This document shows, one piece after another, positions 25,575 to 38,388 of a stretch of DNA of 64,000 bases. A program made the position numbers and the translations under genes. The DNA is from Laetmonice hystrix (taxonomy: Eukaryota), in the NCBI GenBank assembly GCA_965235115.1, contig OZ249450.1:1984001-2048000 (forward strand). The letters run 5' to 3'. The notes beneath the pieces were generated by a model. It did not search any database, was not told the DNA's origin, and saw only the letters and a program-made list of their open reading frames with translations. The first letter of the stretch is position 1. Every line of letters starts with the position of its first letter.

Positions 25575-27070
25575 GTGCACCGGGTCCTATGTCTCCTAAG
25601 TATGTCATCTACAGTATGTCCCTGACCTAACTCACAGTGCACTGGGTCCTATGTATAGACGGGTCTCTGACCTAACTCACAGTGCACTGGGTCCTATGTA
25701 TAGACGGGCATCTACAGTCTGTCTCTGACCTAACTCACAGTGCACTGGGTCCTATGTATAGACGGGTCTCTGACCTAACTCACAGTGCACTGGGTCCTAT
25801 GTATAGACGGGCATCTACAGTCTGTCTCTGACCTAACTCACAGTGCACTGGGTCCTATGTATAGACGGGTCTCTGACCTAACTCACAGTGCACTGGGTCC
25901 TATGTATAGACCGGCATCTACAGTCTGTCCCTGACCTAACTCACAGTGCACTGGGTCCTATGTATAGACAGACATCTACAGTCTGTCCCTGACCTAACTC
26001 ACAGTGCACTGGGTCCTATGTATAGACGGACAGCTACAGTCTGTCTCTGACCTAACTCACAGTGCACTGGGTCCTATGTATAGACAGACATCTACAGTCT
26101 GTCCCTGACCTAACTCACAGTGCACTGGGTCCTATGTATAGACGGAAATCTACAGTCTGTCTCTGACCTAACTCACAGTGCACTGGGTCCTATGTATAGA
26201 CGGGCATCTACAGTATGTCTCTGACCTAACTCACAGTGCACTGGGTCCTATGTATAGACGGGCATCTACAGTATGTCTCTGACCTAACTCACAGTGCACC
26301 GGGTCCTATGTATATAGACGGGCATCTACAGTCTGTCCCTGACCTAACTCACAGTGCACTGGGTCCTATGTATAGACCGGTATCTACAGTCTGTCCCTGA
26401 CCTAACTCACAGTGCACTGGGTCCTATGTATAGACGGAAATCTACAGTCTGTCTCTGACCTAACTCACAGTGCACTGGGTCCTATGTATAGACCGGCATC
26501 TACAGTCTGTCCCTGACCTAACTCACAGTGCACTGGGTCCTATGTATAGACCGGTATCTACAGTCTGTCCCTGACCTAACTCACAGTGCACTGGGTCCTA
26601 TGTATATAGACGGGCATCTGCAGTCTGTCTCTGACCTAACTCACAGTGCACTGGGTCCTATGTATAGACGGGCATCTACACTCTGTCTCTGACCTAACTC
26701 ACAGTGCACCGGGTCCTATGTATATAGACGGGCATCTGCAGTCTGTCTCTGACCTAACTCACAGTGCACTGGGTCCTATGTATATAGACGGGCATCTACA
26801 GTCTGTCCCTGACCTAACTCACAGTGCACTGGGTCCTATGTATAGACGGGCATCTACAGTATGTCTCTGACCTAACTCACAGTGCACTGGGTCCTATGTA
26901 TAGACGGACATCTACAGTCTGTCTCTGACCTAACTCACAGTGCACTGGGTCCTATGTATAGACGGGCAGCTACAGTATGTCCCTGACCTACCTCACAGTG
27001 CACTGGGTCCTATGTATAGACGGGCAGCTACAGTCTGTCCCTGACCTAACTCACAGTGCACCGGGTCCTA
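25575..27070. repeat. Minisatellite, 58-bp unit (43- and 60-bp variants), left arm
   Basis: ctgacctaactcacagtgcactgggtcctatgtatagacgggcatctacagtctgtct repeated. Confidence 0.97.
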
Positions 27071-28798
27071 CCCAGTCGACACCTGATGTCAACATGACGT
27101 CATGCTGTTATCACAAATATCTCAGACGCTGACATCACATTTGTGATCTCTAAGTGAGCTCACAGTGATGTAAAGATCTCAGAACTACGTCACAGTGACG
27201 TCAAAAGTTCCTCACATAGTGATCTCACATTCGTGGTGCATGGGAAATCTCATACAGATCTCACAGAATCGTCACCATGTGACGTCACAGATATGATTTT
27301 AGAACTACCTCACAGTGACATCACAAGTTTCTCACACAGTGATATCACAATCGTGATCCATCGAAAATCTCACACAGATCTCACAAAATTCTCACCATGT
27401 GACGTCACAGATATGATTTTAGAACTACGTCACAGCGACGTCACAAGATTCTCACACAGTGATATCACATTCCTGATGCATGGAAAATCTCATACAGATC
27501 TCACAAAATCCTCACCATGTGACGTCACAGATATAATCTCAGAACTACGTCACAGTGACATCACAAGTTTCTCACACAGTGATATCACAAGCGTGATGTG
27601 TGAGAAGTCTCACACAGATCTCACAAGATTCTCACCATGTGGCGTCACAGATATGATTTTAGAACTACGTCACAGTGATGTCACAAGTTTCTCACGGCGT
27701 GAATATCACACTCGTGATCCATGGAAAATCTCACACAGATCTCACAAGATTCTCACCATGTGACGTCACAGATATGATTTTAGAACTACATCACAGTGAT
27801 GTCACAAGTTTCTCACAGGGTGATGTCATACTCGTGATCCGTTGAAAAGCTCTCAAAGATCTCACACGATTCTCCCCTTGTGACGTCACTGTTGTGTGCG
27901 CTAGGTGGCGCTATTATCAGTGAGACTGACTAGACTGTCTGAAACACAGTCTAGGTGAGCTTATAGCGACTTTAAGTCATTCACACGTAATACAAGTAGA
28001 GCTATTTATTGTGTAAAAGTATGTTTTATTTTGTCTTTGATTGTGAAAAGAACAAGATAGAGACATAGCGATTATATCTTGTTTTTAAACAACCCATTAT
28101 AGAAAACACCAATTTGCATTTCCGACGGGAAACATCAGTAGTGAGGACTGGGTTTGAGTGTTAAGCATCAATGCTAAACTGGCACAGGACTTACTATAGC
28201 GTGCCCACGCAATGGTTCTGCCTGAGCCAGGATTTTCTTTGGGAGTCTATTTAAATTGGCTCGGCCTGGAGTGCCCTTGTTGGAACCCAGGAAGGTCGTG
28301 CCACAACGTTGTAGCAACCCTTTCTGGGAGTCTACAAAATTACGTTGCTACAACCTAATTTCAAAACGTTGGTAGGACCAACCTACAAAATAATATTTAA
28401 ATATCCTGAAAAGGTTGTAGGAAGGTCGTACCACAACATTATTTGAAAACCTCTTGAAGAGGTCAAACTGTGACATCTTGAAGAGGTCAAACTGTGACGT
28501 CTTGATGAGGTTCCCTTGCCACATCTTGAAGAGGTCAAACTGTGACATCATGATGAGGTCAGGTTATCACATCTTGAAGAGGTCAAACTTTGGCATCTTG
28601 ACGAGGTCTCGTTGTGACATCCTGAGGAGGTCACGTTTCGATATCTTGATGAGGTCAGGTTATGATACCACCGTGGGATCAAAACCTGGCTTCAAAGTGA
28701 GCTCTCGGTGACGACTCAGATTTCTCACAATGTGATGTCATATTCCTCATAATTTGAGATCATAGCGATATCTCCGTGAGATCACATTGTCGACTGGG
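27071..28798. mobile_element. 1728-bp non-autonomous TIR element with TA TSD inserted in the minisatellite
   Basis: gggtccTA|cccagtcgaca ... tgtcgactggg|TAtgtatag. Empty site gggtccTAtgtatag is seen in sibling units. About six ~120-bp subterminal repeats at ~27170-27890. No transposase ORF seen. Confidence 0.92.
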
Positions 28799-30315
28799 TA
28801 TGTATAGACAGCCATCTACAGTCTGTCCCTGACCTAACTCACAGTGCACCGGGTCCTATGTATATAGACAGACATCTACAGTCTGTCTCTGACCTAACTC
28901 ACAGTGCACCGGGTCCTATGTATAGACGGACATCTACAGTCTGTCTCTGGCCTAACTCACAGTGCACTGGGTCCTATGTATAGACGGACATCTACAGTCT
29001 GTCTCTGACCTAACTCACAGTGCACTGGGTCCTATGTATGGACGGACATCTACAGTCTGTCTCTAACCTAACTCACAGTGCACTGGGTCCTATGTATATA
29101 GACGGGCATCTACAGTCTGTCTCTGACCTAACTCACAGTGCACTGGGTCCTATGTATATAGACGGGCATCTACAGTCTGTCTCTGACCTAACTCACAGTG
29201 CACTGGGTCCTATGTATAGACAGACATCTACAGTCTGTCTCTGACCTAACTCACAGTGCACTGGGTCCTATGTATAGACCGGCATCTACAGTCTGTCCCT
29301 GACCTAACTCACAGTGCACTGGGTCCTATGTATAGACAGACATCTACAGTATGTCCCCGACCTAACTCACAGTGCACTGGGTCCTATGTATAGACGGTCA
29401 GCTACAGTCTGTCTCTGACCTAACTCACAGTGCACTGGGTCCTATGTATAGACGGGCAGCTACAGTCTGTCTCTGACCTAACTCACAGTGCACTGGGTCC
29501 TATGTATAGACGGGCAGCTACAGTCTGTCTCTGACCTAACTCACAGTGCACTGGGTCCTATGTATAGACAGCCATCTACAGTCTGTCCCTGACCTAACTC
29601 ACAGTGCACCGGGTCCTATGTATAGACGGACATCTACAGTATGTCCCTGACCTAACTCACAGTGCACCGGGTCCTATGTATAGACGGAAATCTACAGTCT
29701 GTCTCTGACCTAACTCACAGTGCACTGGGTCCTATGTATAGACGGACATCTACAGTCTGTCTCTGACCTAACTCACAGTGTACTGGGTCCTATGTATATA
29801 GACGGGCATCTACAGTCTGTCTCTGACCTAACTCACAGTGCACTGGGTCCTATGTATAGACGGACACCTACAGTCTGTCTCTGACCTAACTCACAGTGCA
29901 CCGGGTCCTATGTATAGACAGACATCTACAGTCTGTCTCTGACCTAACTCACAGTGCACTGGGTCCTATGTATAGACGGACATCTACAGTCTGTCTCTGA
30001 CCTAACTCACAGTGCACTGGGTCCTATGTATAGACGGTCAGCTACAGTCTGTCTCTGACCTAACTCACAGTGCACTGGGTCCTATGTATAGACGGTCAGC
30101 TACAGTCTGTCTCTGACCTAACTCACAGTGCACTGGGTCCTATGTATAGACAGACATCTACAGTCTGTCTCTGGCCTAACTCCCAGTGCACTGGGTCCTA
30201 TGTATAGACTGACATCTACAGTCTGTCCCTGACCTAACTCACAGTGCACTGGGTCCTATGTATAGACCGGCATCTACAGTATGTCCCTGACCTAACTCAC
30301 AGTGCACTGGGTCCT
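28799..30315. repeat. Minisatellite, 58-bp unit, right arm
   Basis: Same unit as 25575-27070, resuming in register after the insertion. Confidence 0.97.
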
Positions 30316-30317
30316 GT

Positions 30318-30705
30318 ATGGACATTGTATACTGAGATATGTATCTGTGTATACAACTTTATGAACATTGTATACTGAGATATGTATCTGTGTATACAAC
30401 TGTATGACCATTGTGTACTGAGATATGTATCTGTGTATACAACTCTATGAAAATTGTATACTGAGATATGTATCTGTGTATACAACTGTATGAACATTGT
30501 ATACTGAGATGTGTATCTGTGTATACAACTGTATGAACATTGTGTACTGAGATATGTATCTGTGTATACAACTGTATGAACATTGTATACTGAGATATGT
30601 ATCTGTGTATACAACTGTATGAACATTGTATACTGAGATATGTATCTGTGTATACAACTGTATGAACATTGTAGAATGAGATATCATGTGTATACAACTG
30701 TATAC
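30318..30705. repeat. Minisatellite, 43-bp unit, ~9 copies
   Basis: tgtatactgagatatgtatctgtgtatacaactgtatgaacat. Abuts the 58-bp array. Confidence 0.95.
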
Positions 30706-32430
30706 TTTTCTCATGATGGCCTCACCATGGTGCGTGTCACCGACAGGGAAGTTCTCACCAACATAACTACGCCAGACTAACACTCTGGGATAGTGGACTG
30801 CTCTAACACCCACATAATCACGTTTGCCCTGCTTATCACATTATTATACGGAGGGCTCAGAGAACGTCATTGAGGCAGACGAATAGGTGGGGAAACTACA
30901 TCAGGAACCTTCAAGGAAGAGATAGGACTAGGAAGTAATTATATACAGTAGACAATATAGAGAAGTTATATACTGCACTTGTTAGATGAAGAGGCAACAG
31001 CTAGGATATGAAATATGAGAACTTACAAAAGGGGGGCTGCTTATAGGCAAAGATATAGATCGCCGCCTCTAAATAATCTCTCTAGATCAAAGCACATTGC
31101 CAGGGAATGGATTCTCTATGGGGACTGACAGTGAGAGATATTCATACTGGATGTACTGGGTGTGTTTCTCAAGGGTGTCACTTACTGGTCAGCGTGTACA
31201 GAACGAAATGATGTGTGCCTTCAGTCGATGGGGACCAACAAATCCAATGTCTGCGAGTTATCACAAACTTTTCTCTCCCATTCAGATTTGTTCAGTTATA
31301 CCCACCCAGCGAAGAATATGGACTTTCTTCCAACCTCTGAGCAAATCAATCTTGCTTTGTAAATCCCCACTCCAGTCGCTTCCTGATGTACGGAGGATTA
31401 GAAGGCGGGTGGAGGTGGAGGTGGCCGGGGGGTCTGAGGGGCCAGTAGTCACTATCCCCATACCCATTTTCCCGCTAGAGGCCGCTCGTCGCTCGATAAA
31501 AGGGTCTGGACACAAACGCCTACCTTGCTAGGTTACAGGAAAACGGTGACCGTGATAGAAAACGACCATTGGACGAGCGCGGCATTGTGACCTAGAAACC
31601 TCGACTTTACTCTGGTCCCCTGCTCTAAATACCGGCTCCGCGAAGCGAGAGAGTCAGGGGACCCGCCTAGGCCACATCCAAATATGGCAAGTCAGGTCAG
31701 GGTGCTGACATCTGGTGGCATCCGCCCGCAGATGTCTTTGTGTCCAGTCCGTATCCTTGCGGATAGGAGGAATTGAGAATCGAGTCTAAGTGGCCGGGGG
31801 CGGTTGTCGGGGAGGAGGGTATGAGTGGCAGGGGGGCCGGGGTATAAAGGGCCGGGGGCCGGGGGCCGGGGGCCGGGGGCCAGGGGCCGGGGGGGGGGGG
31901 GGGGTTGAGATGCGGTTGTCGGGAGGCCGGGGTAGTATGGGTTGGGGTGTGGGGTCTGGACAGAAGTATGTGTCTCCAGGGTAGTATGGGTTGGGGTGTG
32001 GGGTCTCCAGACAGCGAGATGAACGTGTCGATTGACGCCGTGAGAACCTGATTGACGGCACGACAGGCCGCGCCGTCCCTCAGTCTGTCTAGACGGTCTA
32101 GCACCGTCCTGACTGGAGACAGTCATGTTTTTACAGCCCCCTTACATAATATCGTGGATGGACAGCTTTCTGTCGGTGGAACGTAATGTTGATAATCCCT
32201 CAATAAATAATTGTGTGGTGATTGAATAACGCTGTGATAAAATAAGTTCCCTCCAAAGCCTTGGGATATCACTGACGTGTCCAATGACGGTAAATGTACA
32301 TATTTACACTGTCTGTATATCATCCCGTTAATACTGCACTGAACCTAGCCCGATCAGAGCTGTTTTTTACAAGTCAGTGATAATTGGCTGTGAGGGAGTT
32401 AGCAGTCACCGAACGTAGTTTTATTCTTCT

Positions 32431-33852
32431 CAGCCACAACAGTAGTAGAGGTTGAATCGTTTTGAGGGAGTTCATTAGTGATTGCAGAATAGCCACAACA
32501 GTAGTAGAGGTTGAATAGTTTTGAGGGAGTTCATTAGTGATTGTAGAATAGCCACAACAGTAGTAGAGGTTGAATTGTTTTGAGAGAGTCATTAAAGTAA
32601 TTGAAGAATAGCCACAACAGTAGTAGAGGTTGAATAGTTTTGAGGGAGTTCATTAGTGATTGAAGAATAGCCACAACAGTAGTAGAGGTTGAATCGTTTT
32701 GAGGGAGTTCATTAGTGATTGAAGAATAGCCACAACAGTAGTAGAGGTTGAATCGTTTTGAGGGAGTTCATTAGTGATTGAAGAATAGCCACAACAGTAG
32801 TAGAGGTTGAATCGTTTTGAGGGAGTTCATTAGTGATTGAAGAATAGCCACAACAGTAGTAGAGGTTGAATCGTTTTGAGGGACTTCATTAGTGATTGAA
32901 GAATAGCCACAACAGTAGTAGAGGTTGAATCGTTTTGAGGGAGTTCATTAGTGATTGAAGAATAGCCACAACAGTAGTAGAGGTTGAATCGTTTTGAGGG
33001 AGTTCATTAGTGATTGAAGAATAGCCACAACAGTAGTAGAGGTTGAATAGTTTTGAGGGAGTTCATTAGTGATTGAAGAATAGCCACAACAGTAGTAGAG
33101 GTTGAATCGTTTTGAGGGAGTTCATTAGTGATTGAAGAATAGCCACAACAGTAGTAGAGGTTGAATCGTTTTGAGGGAGTTCATTAGTGATTGAAGAATA
33201 GCCACAACAGTAGTAGAGGTTGAATCGTTTTGAGGGAGTTCATTAGTGATTGAAGAATAGCCACAACAGTAGTAGAGGTTGAATCGTTTTGAGGGAGTTC
33301 ATTAGTGATTGAAGAATAGCCACAACAGTAGTAGAGGTTGAATCGTTTTGAGGGAGTTCATTAGTGATTGAAGAATAGCCACAACAGTAGTAGAGGTTGA
33401 ATCGTTTTGAGGGAGTTCATTAGTGATTGAAGAATAGCCACAACAGTAGTAGAGGTTGAATCGTTTTGAGGGAGTTCATTAGTGATTGAAGAATAGCCAC
33501 AACAGTAGTAGAGGTTGAATCGTTTTGAGGGAGTTCATTAGTGATTGAAGAATAGCCACAACAGTAGTAGAGGTTGAATCATTTTGAGGGAGTTCATTAG
33601 TGATTGAAGAATAGCCACAACAGTAGTAGAGGTTGAATAGTTTTGTGGGAGTTCATTAGTGATTGAAGAATAGCCACAACAGTAGTAGAGGTTGAATAGT
33701 TTTGTGGGAGTTCATTAGTGATTGAAGAATAGCCACAACAGTACTAGAGGTTGAATAGTTTTGTGGGAGTTCATTAGTGATTGAAGAATAGCCACAACAG
33801 TACTAGAGGTTGAATAGTTTTGAGAAAGTCATTAAAGTAATTGAAGAATAGC
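32431..33852. repeat. Minisatellite, 59-bp unit, ~24 highly homogeneous copies
   Basis: aatagccacaacagtagtagaggttgaatcgttttgagggagttcattagtgattgaag repeated. Confidence 0.97.
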
Positions 33853-34005
33853 GTGGCGGCGTTCCGTCTTTGTCCCTTTAACCACCACCTGCGTCCCTTC
33901 ATGGCGTCTCTCACGACTGTCAGCACACAGCCAGCTGGGCAGACATGTCCTTCCACACGCACACCTGACTACAGTTCCTTCCTTTCCCACCTATAGTACA
34001 CTTAA

Positions 34006-34286
34006 GCCTGTTCTACACGATCATATATTCGTGTAGGACTACTAGAAAAATAGTACAAGAATCTTTGATCGTGTGGAACGGGAAATGTGATGAAATTTTC
34101 TAGTACAAGTAAATCGGAAGGTTATAGAAAGTTGCACCAACGCTCGTTTGACCTGATCATCTTGTACTAGAGTGCGCGGGAGCCATTTTGGGTATGGTGC
34201 GGAAGGGTCCACTCGTCAAAGAAATTAGTGTTATTTCTTTGCACTACTTTCTAGTACAAGGAAATATGACCGTGTGGAATGGTAGA
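34006..34286. mobile_element. Degenerate MITE
   Basis: Imperfect IR ttctacacgatcatat / atatgaccgtgtggaa, with internal repeated ctagtacaag motifs. Confidence 0.55.
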
Positions 34287-34975
34287 CTAAAGATTAAAGA
34301 CGGTAGACTAAAACATCTATAATATAATCCCACTACTATCGTATGTCTACAAGATACGTTCGAGATCATCTGTAGGGTCAAACGGGTTTAAAGTAAACAC
34401 ATGTCCACCTGGTTTTCATTTGAAAATGACGATCGATAAATAGCCATCATCCCTTCGACGCCTTCTGAGCTTTGGCTCACGTTCTCTTGCGCAATGATTT
34501 GCACTGCATCAACCCGGGGTTGTCGGCTGTCTTGAGTCCAAGAACTTGCTTTAATGGCTGCCATTTCTCAATCTTGGCACCATGAAACCAATGGATTTCG
34601 CTCTGTTACGATTTAGAAATCGTTTGTTGCGTTTCTTTGCAGATTCCGTCAGTAGGGGACCTAATATTTTAGGCGACATGCTTGCCAATAGGTCATGCCG
34701 TTCACGTATGACCTAGATTCAGAAGCTGCCTCGTTTTCGTTGGGCTGACGTAATAAACTCCCATCATGCACTACGCAATCGGTTGTGTGCTCGAGGGAAA
34801 ATGTAAACAGAACAAGTTCATTCGTAGTTGTGTCCATCACGGGCCAATTGATGATTACTGAGGTAACAGAGTGTCAAGGATTAACAGGTTTAGGCATTAG
34901 GCAACACGCCCAAGGATCTGGAAGAAATGTCAGTGGAAAATTAGGTTGTTTGTGTATCTTTAAACATGGGATGAT

Positions 34976-35200
34976 CTTTACAAAACGATTCCAGGGGGCA
35001 GGGAGATATAGTAAGACTATGGCAGAAAACATCGGATTATCTTTACAAACGATTCCAGGGGACAGGAAGATATAGTAAAACTATGGCAGAAAATATCGGA
35101 TTATCTTTACAAACGATTCCAGGGGACAGGAAGATATAGTAAAACTATGGCAGAAAATATCGGATTATCTTTACAAACGATTCCAGGGGACAGGGAGATA
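34976..35200. repeat. 64-bp tandem repeat, ~3.5 copies
   Basis: ttatctttacaaacgattccaggggacagg... at 35037, 35101 and 35165. Confidence 0.92.
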
Positions 35201-37369
35201 TACTCCAGTGACAATATTAGAATTGAGAAGAAAAAACTGGTTTAAATACACAATGTCGGTGGAAATATATTTAATTAAGATTGCCGTCATAGGAAGAGTT
35301 GTCAAAGTTTGATATCCCTAAACTATCTCTGGGGACTACCACCCCAGTACCGCGTAAACTTTGGTTGTATTAGTACGCGTGAGATTAGAGTGCTGTCTGG
35401 ACGAACGGACGTTCTCTCACATCCTGCTTCCCGTCCCAGAACCTAAATTATCTCTTGGTGAAGAGTATGGACGTAATTCCCAGCTGGGGGTTCACTCCGC
35501 CTTCTCGTGTATCTTGTCCCCGGCCGATTGAATCAGTTGGACTCGTGTCTCGTCTTACCCATTTATCCCATCCCATAATGTACGGATAGAAGCAGACTTC
35601 GCTCGGATGAAATATTCGACGACGCCTTGGTTACAAACTTCCATGCCTTGTCAATATTTCATATTTTATACAATCATTTTCTTGGCTCACTCACAAATAA
35701 AACATACATATTATGTTTATTAAAGCAGCTTATAAATTAAATTTTCAATCCATTCCTTTTCTATTGCAAGGAACGCTCATGTCATTGTTAGAGTTGATTA
35801 GCTAGGGGCGCATTTAATCAGGTTAATGGAAGAGATACAAGGATGAGGTATACACCTCCAATACGGGGGTTCCCATTAACTAATTCACGCAAATCCCACT
35901 AGGCGGCACCAGTCACTGCGCATGTGCGCTGAGTCGTCTGCAGTGACTGCTTCTTCCGGAGTCATGGCTTTGCGGCCGGACAGTCCCTGTCTGTATCTGA
36001 GGAGATTATGTGGGAGGAATTGGTGGCTTCACTCCCTGTCTGTATCTGAGGAGATTCTGCATGGTATTGTTACTTGTTTTTGGGATGAGCTCGGTCCAGC
36101 AAACCCTCATGATGATGGTGATAATGAGAATGATGTGAGATGATGATGGCGACGATAAAGATGGTTACCAGGGTGACAAGTTAGTCAGAGTTCGCTAACT
36201 CTAGTTTGAAATGGACGCTCCCATTCTATGAGGCTACCTGTGCAGGAGCCACCTCTGCAGTAGTACAGGATTATCTGGTGGCCTAGTTCTGGCGGATTAT
36301 CTTGGCTCAGATACAGTCGGAGAACGGCAGTGAGGATATATAGGATTACTAGGAATGTCGATCGGTTCTTTGGTTCATGTTTCTGTTCACCTGGCCACAC
36401 TACTTGGTGCTCTGATTACCACTGTCACCATGCGTCAGGCCGAGTTCCTTGTCTAAGAGGTATAACGTCATTTTATAATTATGCTGGTAGTATTTCTTAT
36501 TACATGGAATTCTTCACATTCATGGTAAACCAATCTGATTAAATTAAAATTTTGTTCGTCCATTCAGCGTGTTGACAAGTTAATGATTTATACATCAGGC
36601 TAACGTCATGCTTTTCCAGTTCCATTTACTCAATTTTCTTATATTAATATTTTATATCAATTCATCTTGAAGACGGAGTTTGTTTGGGACGTTTGGCACA
36701 TTTTCATCCTACTGCATTTAACGCAGCCACAGGCTAGCGACCACAGGGCTTGCCATGTCTTGGCGCCCCTCCCCCTTGTGCCTGATGATGTGAGGTATTT
36801 CTCAGTTACTAGCTGCAGGCAGCTGGCGTTCTCCGGGTGTTCCACCTCAATGTGACTTTGTTGGCTACCCTTATTATCGCTCATACGCGAAAGAATATCA
36901 AATCACTCACGTGGTCCAGGGCCCGGTTTCAGAAATGTTAGCATCTTAAGTTGAAGACTTACTTAAGCTCGGCTTAGGACCTATGATTGGACGGTTCTCT
37001 GCTGCCCAGCCTCAACTAGCCAATGAGAGGCCCTAAGCCCCCCCCCCCCCCCCCCCCCGGGGCTTTGCGCCTTCGGCGCTCGCAATCTTATCCAGGGGCT
37101 ACGCCCCCCCCCCTTCTAAGAATCCTGGATCCGGCCCTGCACACGTATGGTTTGTTGTAGAGGAGAGATTGTCTACCCGGGCATTGTCGACCCGGGCCCA
37201 TCTCACACGTTCTCACTACCCTGTGTGTGCCTTTGTTATTTGGTCTGCTCCAAGAATCACGTATCACGTCACGTGTCCCGTCGGCCAGCACGTATTCACC
37301 CGCACAAGGACACAGTACAGATCACGTGCTTCATGGTGTGTATTGTGGTTAATGAGGACGGCCATCATC

Positions 37370-38005
37370 GTATAGAGACAGGAATGTGATCAGCTGATTG
37401 TGTGGGCATCAGTATCATCACAGAGACAGGATTGTGATCACTGATTGTGTGGGCATCAGTATCATCACAGAGACAGGAATGTGATCACTGATTGTGTGGG
37501 CATCAGTATCATCACAGAGACAGGATTGTGATCACTGATTGTGTGGGCATCAGTATCATCACAGAGACAGGAGGATTGTGATCACTGATTGTGTGGGCAT
37601 CAGTATCATCACAGAGACAGGATTGTGATCACTGATTGTGTGGGCATCAGTATCATCACAGAGACAGGAGATTGTGATCACTGATTGTGTGGGCATCAGT
37701 ATCATCACAGAGACAGGAATGTGATCACTGATTGTGTGGGCATCAGTATCATCACAGAGACAGGAATGTGATCACTGATTGTGTGGGCATCAGTATCATC
37801 ACAGAGACAGGATTGTGATCACTGATTGTGTGAGCATCAGTATCATCACAGAGACAGGATTGTGATCACTGATTGTGTGGGCATCAGTATCATCACAGAG
37901 ACAGGAATGTGATCACTGATTGTGTGGGCATCACAGAGACAGGATTGTGATCACTGATTGTGTGGGCATCAGTATCATCACAGAGACAAAAGGATTGTGA
38001 TCAAT
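37370..38005. repeat. Minisatellite, 47-bp unit, ~13 copies
   Basis: gattgtgatcactgattgtgtgggcatcagtatcatcacagagacag repeated. Confidence 0.96.
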
Positions 38006-38017
38006 GACTGGGCCATA

Positions 38018-38388
38018 AGCCACACACATTTTCTGACTTTGGTCAGGACAATGAGCCCTAATCCACACACATTTTCTGACTTTGGTCAGGACAATGAGCC
38101 CTAATCCACACACATTTTCTGACTTTGGTCAGGACAATGAGCCCTAATCCACACACATTTTCTGACTTTGGTCAGGACAATGAGCCCTAATCCACACACA
38201 TTTTCTGACTTTGGTCAGGACAATGAGCCCTAATCCACACACATTTTGTGACTTTGGTCAGGACAATGAGCTCTAATCCACACACATTTTCTGACTTTGG
38301 TCAGGACAATGAGCTCTAATCCACACACATTTTCTGACTTTGGTCAGGACAATGAGCCCTAATCCACACACATCTTCTGACTTTGGTG
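38018..38388. repeat. Minisatellite, 43-bp unit, ~8.5 copies
   Basis: ccacacacattttctgactttggtcaggacaatgagccctaat. Abuts the 47-bp array. Confidence 0.96.

Noticed and set aside
31692-32126. Pro/Gly-rich ORFs
   Set aside because: Caused by ggggcc and poly-G low-complexity tracts open in most frames.
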